This document shows, piece by piece, positions 58,163 through 64,000 of a stretch of 64,000 nt of DNA. The notes under the pieces were generated by a model that was not told the origin of the DNA, made no database searches, and saw only the letters and a list, made by a program, of their open reading frames with translations. The position numbers were made by a program, and so were the translations under genes. The first letter of the stretch is position 1. The number at the start of each line of letters is the position of its first letter. This stretch comes from an uncultured Gammaproteobacteria bacterium (GTDB taxonomy: Bacteria > Patescibacteriota > Microgenomatia > Daviesbacterales > UBA10151): positions 8,316 through 72,315 of the forward strand of contig CAYMZD010000004.1 in assembly GCA_964394855.1 (NCBI GenBank), read 5' to 3'.

Positions 58163-58389
58163 GAAAAATAACAGAAAATAGTGAAGTCTTAGCACAACAA
58201 GCGAGATCGGCCGTGACACAGGATGGTTCTGGACCCACGATAGAATTGGTTACGTCTGGGGCTAGAAAAATGGAGGCAAGCAAGATTATCTGTCCTCCAA
58301 ATTGTATTGTGATTTGTAATCCATCGTGTGAACCGACAATCTTTAAACCACCACCGCCCAAACCGCCACCACCAAAGCCACCAAACTAG
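58159..58389 (+). CDS. Candidate RiPP precursor peptide (76 aa; core IICPPNCIVICNPSCEPTIF plus tail KPPPPKPPPPKPPN)
   Basis: GTG start overlaps the rSAM TGA stop (GTGA) with GAGGGGAGG directly upstream, suggesting translational coupling; Cx3Cx3Cx3C core. Confidence 0.5.
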   Translation: MRKITENSEVLAQQARSAVTQDGSGPTIELVTSGARKMEASKIICPPNCIVICNPSCEPTIFKPPPPKPPPPKPPN

Positions 58390-59282
58390 GATGGAATATG
58401 TAATATATTGGGAGTGGGAGCAATCAGAACTTGCGGCCAAGTTTTAGGGTACAAAGTCAGAATGATTTTGCTAAAAACAAAGGCGAAATCATGAGGGTAT
58501 TTGCTTGGCTCTAATACAGAATCTTCCTGATCAAGATTTTTAACTTCCTCGAGCTTTAGCAGATATTCTATTCTGTTGGCAGTAAATATATCAAGGTTTC
58601 GTTTATGGGTTGGCCAAAAAATCAGACTTGCCTGGTATTCGGCACAAAAAGCAAAAAGCTCGCTCATGCCTTCCATGCCTTCGAAAATAGGAAACCGGAT
58701 CAACACTTTTGGCAGTTTTCCACCCTTGGTATAAAGCCGTTTGGATATTCTAAGCAGCAGCAGGTTTTCCTTCTTATTGGAGTAATACCAAAGTTTGTGT
58801 TGATGCCAGTAAACATGTCCGAATTCATGGACAATAGTAGCCAGGTAACTTTCGCGGGTGATGTAGGGATTGTCTTTACGTCTTTTCTTTTGCAGTTCAA
58901 TAAAAGGTGTAAGTAATCCACCGCTTATTCGTGGAACTTCAAAGATAGTTTTTTGTTTTATTGACTTGGGAAGGTATTTTTCTATTTTTCTATCCAACAA
59001 TCCCGCACACCATCCAGATTGCCATTCATCTTTAATTTTTGATTTATGAGGAATTTTGTAAAGGTGGTATTGTTCCAAACCACATTCTAATGTATCTAAA
59101 CCATTTATTCCTTTTGGACTCCAAATGTAAATAAATTGACTATCATAGGAAATTACTACTACAGTTTTCTCGATTTTAGATTTATCCGCAAATATGAACT
59201 TTAGCTTTGGGTTCCAAACAAAGTTTATTCCCTCCTCTATTACCAGAAGATCTTGTTTTGTTGCTTTGTAGTCTTCAAACAT
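58386..59282 (-). CDS. HExxH zinc metallopeptidase-like protein
   Basis: Motif ATIVHEFGHVYWH; convergent with, and overlapping, the precursor peptide's 3' end. Confidence 0.55.
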   Translation of the reverse strand: MFEDYKATKQDLLVIEEGINFVWNPKLKFIFADKSKIEKTVVVISYDSQFIYIWSPKGINGLDTLECGLEQYHLYKIPHKSKIKDEWQSGWCAGLLDRKIEKYLPKSIKQKTIFEVPRISGGLLTPFIELQKKRRKDNPYITRESYLATIVHEFGHVYWHQHKLWYYSNKKENLLLLRISKRLYTKGGKLPKVLIRFPIFEGMEGMSELFAFCAEYQASLIFWPTHKRNLDIFTANRIEYLLKLEEVKNLDQEDSVLEPSKYPHDFAFVFSKIILTLYPKTWPQVLIAPTPNILHIPS

Positions 59283-59355
59283 ATGGCTAAATGATAGCAG
59301 ATTTATAAAAAAGGTGCTTTACAAAGTAATAGGGCATGTTACATGATTAAGCTAT

Positions 59356-60144
59356 ATGACAGGTCTTTTGAATTTAGTTTCCTTAAGACTTTGGCAAATT
59401 GATTTTACCAAACCTTTGGTTTATTTCGATCTTTTTTTAGCCTCATTTTTGATCATAGCTTTTCTGGTTTATATTCGTCGCTTCCCAGTTTTTAGAGTAT
59501 TTTTAGGACTACTGTTTTTGCTGGTGGCTGCCTCTTTATTTTTTCTAACTGGTTTTATTTTTACTGCTTTGGTTTTTGGTGTGGTCAGTAATTTAATCTT
59601 AATTGCCATGCCCCTTATTTTTGCCCCGGAAATTCGTCATTACCTAGAAAAATTGGGGCGTTTCCCTTTTTTACATATTCCAGCAGTGGGTGAGAAACGG
59701 ACGAAAGATCAATTAATTCGTAACCTGGTAGGAGCGATATTTGATCTGGCAGCACACAGCAAAGGAGCAATCGTGGTATTGCAGCGGCAAACAGGCTTGG
59801 GTGAAATTGTGGAGACAGGAGCAATCATTGATGCCAGATTGGGAACAAAGCTACTGCAGAATATCTTTTTCCCCAAAAGTCCTTTGCATGATGGGGCAGT
59901 GGTCATCAAAGATGGTCGGATTTTGGCTGCAGGTTGTATCATACCTCTTCATCCTGAAGTCAAGCTTGATCCACCTTTTGGCTTAAGACATCGGGCTGGG
60001 CTTTCCATCACCAAAGACACAGATGCCATCAGCATTATGGTGTCAGAACAAAGAGGAGAGGTCTCTCTGGCTGAAAATGGGAAACTCAATATAAATTTAA
60101 ATAGAGCTGAATTAACTTCAAACTTGCAAAAATTATGGCAATAA
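59356..60144 (+). CDS. cdaA: Diadenylate cyclase CdaA
   Basis: Three N-terminal TM helices plus a DAC domain (HDGAVVI, GLRHRAG). Confidence 0.85.
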   Translation: MTGLLNLVSLRLWQIDFTKPLVYFDLFLASFLIIAFLVYIRRFPVFRVFLGLLFLLVAASLFFLTGFIFTALVFGVVSNLILIAMPLIFAPEIRHYLEKLGRFPFLHIPAVGEKRTKDQLIRNLVGAIFDLAAHSKGAIVVLQRQTGLGEIVETGAIIDARLGTKLLQNIFFPKSPLHDGAVVIKDGRILAAGCIIPLHPEVKLDPPFGLRHRAGLSITKDTDAISIMVSEQRGEVSLAENGKLNINLNRAELTSNLQKLWQ

Positions 60145-60160
60145 GTTAAAATCCGCCCAT

Positions 60161-60697
60161 ATGGTTAAGGAAATTAGTTCTTCTGCCGTGGCAGTGCGAC
60201 GTGTGGAGATGACAGTGGTGACAGGAATTCCCCAATCAAGCATACCAAGCAGTAATTATCAGGTTTCCAAACAAGCGGCAGAACTGGTGGCGGGAACAAG
60301 CATACCCCAAACTGCTGTGGCCAAGGCTTTACATGAAGGGCATGGTTATCCCTTAGCTAAAATTTCCACCAATCAGCCATTTAAAGTGAGGGAAGACTCT
60401 CCTGTTAGCGCCGTAGGAGTGCACCAGGGGACAGGGGCGGTGGTGTTATATGAGGTCCAAAGGGCAGAGGCTCCTTTATTGAGTACTCCCCAGGAAGAGT
60501 TAGCTTTGGTTCAAAGGCCACAAACCTTGGTAGCTAAAGGTGGAGAAGGTGAAGAAAAAATGGTAAGTCTGGTGGTGGTGATGCCAGATCAGCCAGAAAA
60601 ATTAGCGGCAGCCAATGAAGTTAGTGCAGTAACAGAAGAAGCAGATAGAGATAGAGAAAGATCAGCATGGGCAGAGGCTATCTTAAGAAAATATTAG
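60161..60697 (+). CDS. Hypothetical protein; compositionally atypical (GC-rich)
   Basis: Long ORF with A/V/G-rich product immediately downstream of cdaA (where a CdaR-like partner would be expected); no YbbR motif recognised. Confidence 0.35.
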   Translation: MVKEISSSAVAVRRVEMTVVTGIPQSSIPSSNYQVSKQAAELVAGTSIPQTAVAKALHEGHGYPLAKISTNQPFKVREDSPVSAVGVHQGTGAVVLYEVQRAEAPLLSTPQEELALVQRPQTLVAKGGEGEEKMVSLVVVMPDQPEKLAAANEVSAVTEEADRDRERSAWAEAILRKY

Positions 60698-60698
60698 G

Positions 60699-60727
60699 TT
60701 GACAATTTGAACTTTTTAGGTTAAAAT
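60699..60727 (+). promoter_or_regulatory. Putative 16S rRNA promoter (TTGACA-N17-TAAAAT)
   Basis: Consensus -35 box ~275 nt upstream of the mature 16S 5' end. Confidence 0.4.
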
Positions 60728-60837
60728 AATTGTGTCTTAAAAAAAGACAGACAGGAGAAAGTCACGTACCAGAGGTGTACATGATACTACTTTCAGAAAT
60801 ATGTAAAGCATATTTTTAAATTTAATAGCTCTTTAAC

Positions 60838-60880
60838 AACCGAAGAAGTGAAATAAAAAACCATTCTTCGGTTTTTTAGT
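60838..60880 (+). terminator. Hairpin plus U-run in the 16S leader (terminator or antiterminator-like)
   Basis: accgaagaa pairs with ttcttcggt across a 17-nt loop, followed by tttttta. Confidence 0.35.
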
Positions 60881-60974
60881 GGTGAGCGAAGTCGTACATT
60901 CGATAAACTCAGTACGACACTGAGTACAATCGAAGTGTCGAACCATTGACTCCGAAGAAGTGGTGGGAGATTCT

Positions 60975-62461
<1,487 letters not shown>

Positions 62462-62675
62462 TGGAGTATTTGATTAAACTTTATGATTTCTTAAATCCCG
62501 AGCGATCCCGAGTTTATCGAGGGAGAGTAGAAGGAAAGATAGCAGGAGTTTAATCCATGTTCAATCTCACGATTGGACGAGCCCCGTAGATGGCGGGGCG
62601 AAAAGCGCTGATAATACGCTGTTCCAATAAGTCAATTTGGAATAATTACTATCCCCACCACTTCTTTGGAGTTAA

Positions 62676-62708
62676 GAAAAAACCCCCATTTATCTGGGGG
62701 TTTTTTTG
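62676..62708 (+). terminator. Rho-independent terminator after the 16S trailer
   Basis: aaaaaa-ccccc-atttatct-ggggg-ttttttt. Confidence 0.65.
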
Positions 62709-62728
62709 TGCTAAAATTTACCTTGTCT

Positions 62729-62801
62729 GGCCACGTACCCAAGTAGCTAAGGGAACGGTCTGCAAAACCGTGATTCGTCGGTGCAAGTCCGATCGTGGCC
62801 T
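62729..62801 (+). tRNA. Putative tRNA-Cys(GCA), atypical
   Basis: Acceptor GGCCACG/CGTGGCC, anticodon stem ACGGT/ACCGT, loop CTGCAAA, U73. The D-arm has 3 bp and lacks GG, and the T-loop reads TGCAAGT. Confidence 0.45.
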
Positions 62802-62817
62802 CCCAAGCAAATAACAT

Positions 62818-62892
62818 GGGCATTTAGTTCAGCGGTAGAACGCTTCTCTGATAAAGAAGAGGTGGATGGTTCAACTCCATCAGTGCCCACCA
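62818..62892 (+). tRNA. tRNA-Ile(GAU)
   Basis: Acceptor GGGCATT/AGTGCCC, loop CTGATAA, T-arm GATGG-TTCAACT-CCATC, A73, CCA encoded. Confidence 0.85.
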
Positions 62893-63890
62893 TGAACGTT
62901 GTTTCTGCCCAATTTGTTAAGGATAAAAAAGTTTTGCTTCGTTTGGATCTTGATGTCTCTATTGAAGATGGCAAAGTAACAGAAGATTTTAGGTTAAAAG
63001 CTGCACTATCCAACCTTAATTTATGTCTTCAAAATGCGCCGGAGGTTATCATAATGGGTCATATTGGCAGGCCCACCTTTGCCGAGGCTACGGTGGGCAA
63101 GCCTTCGGTTGCTCCCATTTGGGATTGGCTGGTGGAGCAAGGATATGGTGCGGTGCTGAAAAGTGGCAAATTAAAGTTACTGGAAAATTTAAGATTTGAA
63201 CCTGGTGAAGATTCTAGGGACTTAGATTATGCCAAAGAGCTAGCTTCGTATGGAGAATTTTATGTCAATGAGGCTTTTGCCGCTTATCACCCCAGTGCCT
63301 CCACCACTATTTTACCCACCCTTTTGCCTCACGCAGCAGGACTTCACTTTGCCAAGGAGGTGGAGAAATTAACTAAAGTCCATGCCAACCCCAAAAGACC
63401 ACTGGTAGTGATAATTGGCGGAGTTAAGGCAGAAGACAAATTGCCAGCAATTTCGGCCATGGCTAAAATTGCTGATACGGTTTTGGTAGGGGGAAAAATA
63501 ATTTCTGAAACTCATCTAATTGGTCAAATTAGCCCCAATATATTAGTAGGGAAATTAAATGTGGGGGGGGATGATATATCGGTAGAAACAATAAGTTTAT
63601 GGAAGTCAGTGATTAAAAGTGCAGGTATGGTGGTGTGGAATGGACCCTTGGGTAAAATTGACAATGGACAATTGACAATGGACACTTTGGGAAGTGCTAA
63701 AGGTACATCTGAAATAGCTAGGGCTGTTATAGAATCAGGAGCAGAAAGTATTGTTGGCGGCGGGGATACAATTAGCCTATTAGACCAATTAGACTTATTG
63801 GACAAATTTGATTTTGTTTCTGTGGGCGGTGGAGCCATGCTGAAGTTTTTAGCAGAAGGAACTTTACCCACTATTGAAGCCTTGACTTAA
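62892..63890 (+). CDS. pgk: Phosphoglycerate kinase (compact form, 332 aa)
   Basis: Motifs GHIGRP, LLENLRFEPGE, YVNEAFAAYH and FVSVGGGAML; the ATG overlaps the last A of the tRNA-Ile CCA. Confidence 0.85.
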   Translation: MNVVSAQFVKDKKVLLRLDLDVSIEDGKVTEDFRLKAALSNLNLCLQNAPEVIIMGHIGRPTFAEATVGKPSVAPIWDWLVEQGYGAVLKSGKLKLLENLRFEPGEDSRDLDYAKELASYGEFYVNEAFAAYHPSASTTILPTLLPHAAGLHFAKEVEKLTKVHANPKRPLVVIIGGVKAEDKLPAISAMAKIADTVLVGGKIISETHLIGQISPNILVGKLNVGGDDISVETISLWKSVIKSAGMVVWNGPLGKIDNGQLTMDTLGSAKGTSEIARAVIESGAESIVGGGDTISLLDQLDLLDKFDFVSVGGGAMLKFLAEGTLPTIEALT

Positions 63891-63909
63891 AGGTCTCACA
63901 AGTGTTTTA

Positions 63910-64000
63910 CTTAAATTAGATGCCCAAAAACCAAAAGGGATTTGCCCATATTTTGTTGCTTATTTTACTGCTGGCAGGTATTGCCCTGGGAGTTTATCTG
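63910..64000 (+). CDS. Start of a membrane or secreted protein (3' end truncated by window edge)
   Basis: Begins MPKNQKGFAHILLLILLLAGIALGVYL... Confidence 0.35.

Noticed and set aside
62462-62676. Possible 5S rRNA or other RNA gene in the 16S trailer
   Set aside because: No 5S-like helices were recognised. The segment pairs with the 16S leader as a processing stem.
62590-63013. ORFs 62590-62814 (+), 62632-62823 (-), 62747-63013 (-) and the 62781 start of the long plus-strand ORF
   Set aside because: They overlap the 16S trailer, the terminator and two tRNA genes. The real pgk start is the ATG at 62892, directly after tRNA-Ile.

Overview
This AT-rich, gene-dense 64 kb window looks like a chromosomal segment from a small-genome bacterium, probably a Patescibacteria/CPR-type organism. 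Its genes are short and mostly lysine-rich. Many have a TGnTATAAT-like -10 box 6-8 nt before the start codon, which suggests leaderless mRNAs. The 16S rRNA differs from the universal 515F primer site and is not followed by a 23S rRNA. Housekeeping genes include trxB, ftsH, polA, fpg, recF, trpS, pth, uppS, pgk, cdaA, an nrdR-like gene and an ATP-dependent DNA ligase. They are interspersed with accessory content: (1) a nickel superoxide dismutase gene with its S26-type maturation peptidase; (2) a T4SS-type ATPase, a tRNA(UAU) and a tyrosine recombinase in a row; (3) a toxin-antitoxin cassette inserted at the fpg 3' end, with duplication of the fpg tail that carries a -10 box; and (4) a ~12 kb accessory island at about 47.7-59.3 kb. 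This island is the most interesting part of the window. It holds a cassette bounded by 115-bp direct repeats that encodes a candidate precursor peptide, a PqqD-like RiPP recognition element and an AsnB-like amidotransferase without the glutaminase Cys, resembling a lasso cyclase. Next comes a minus-strand operon (SDR, GT4, NUDIX, hypothetical, isoprenoid-synthase-like, SnoaL-like, TPR). Last is an rSAM-SPASM maturase translationally coupled to a 76-aa peptide with a Cx3Cx3Cx3C core and a (KPPPP)n tail, flanked by a SpoU methyltransferase and an HExxH metallopeptidase. Five tRNA-like genes (UAU, two CAU, a Cys-like GCA, and Ile-GAU) and one 16S rRNA are present. No CRISPR array was seen. Coordinates of manually derived features, such as tRNAs and promoters, may be off by about 1 nt.
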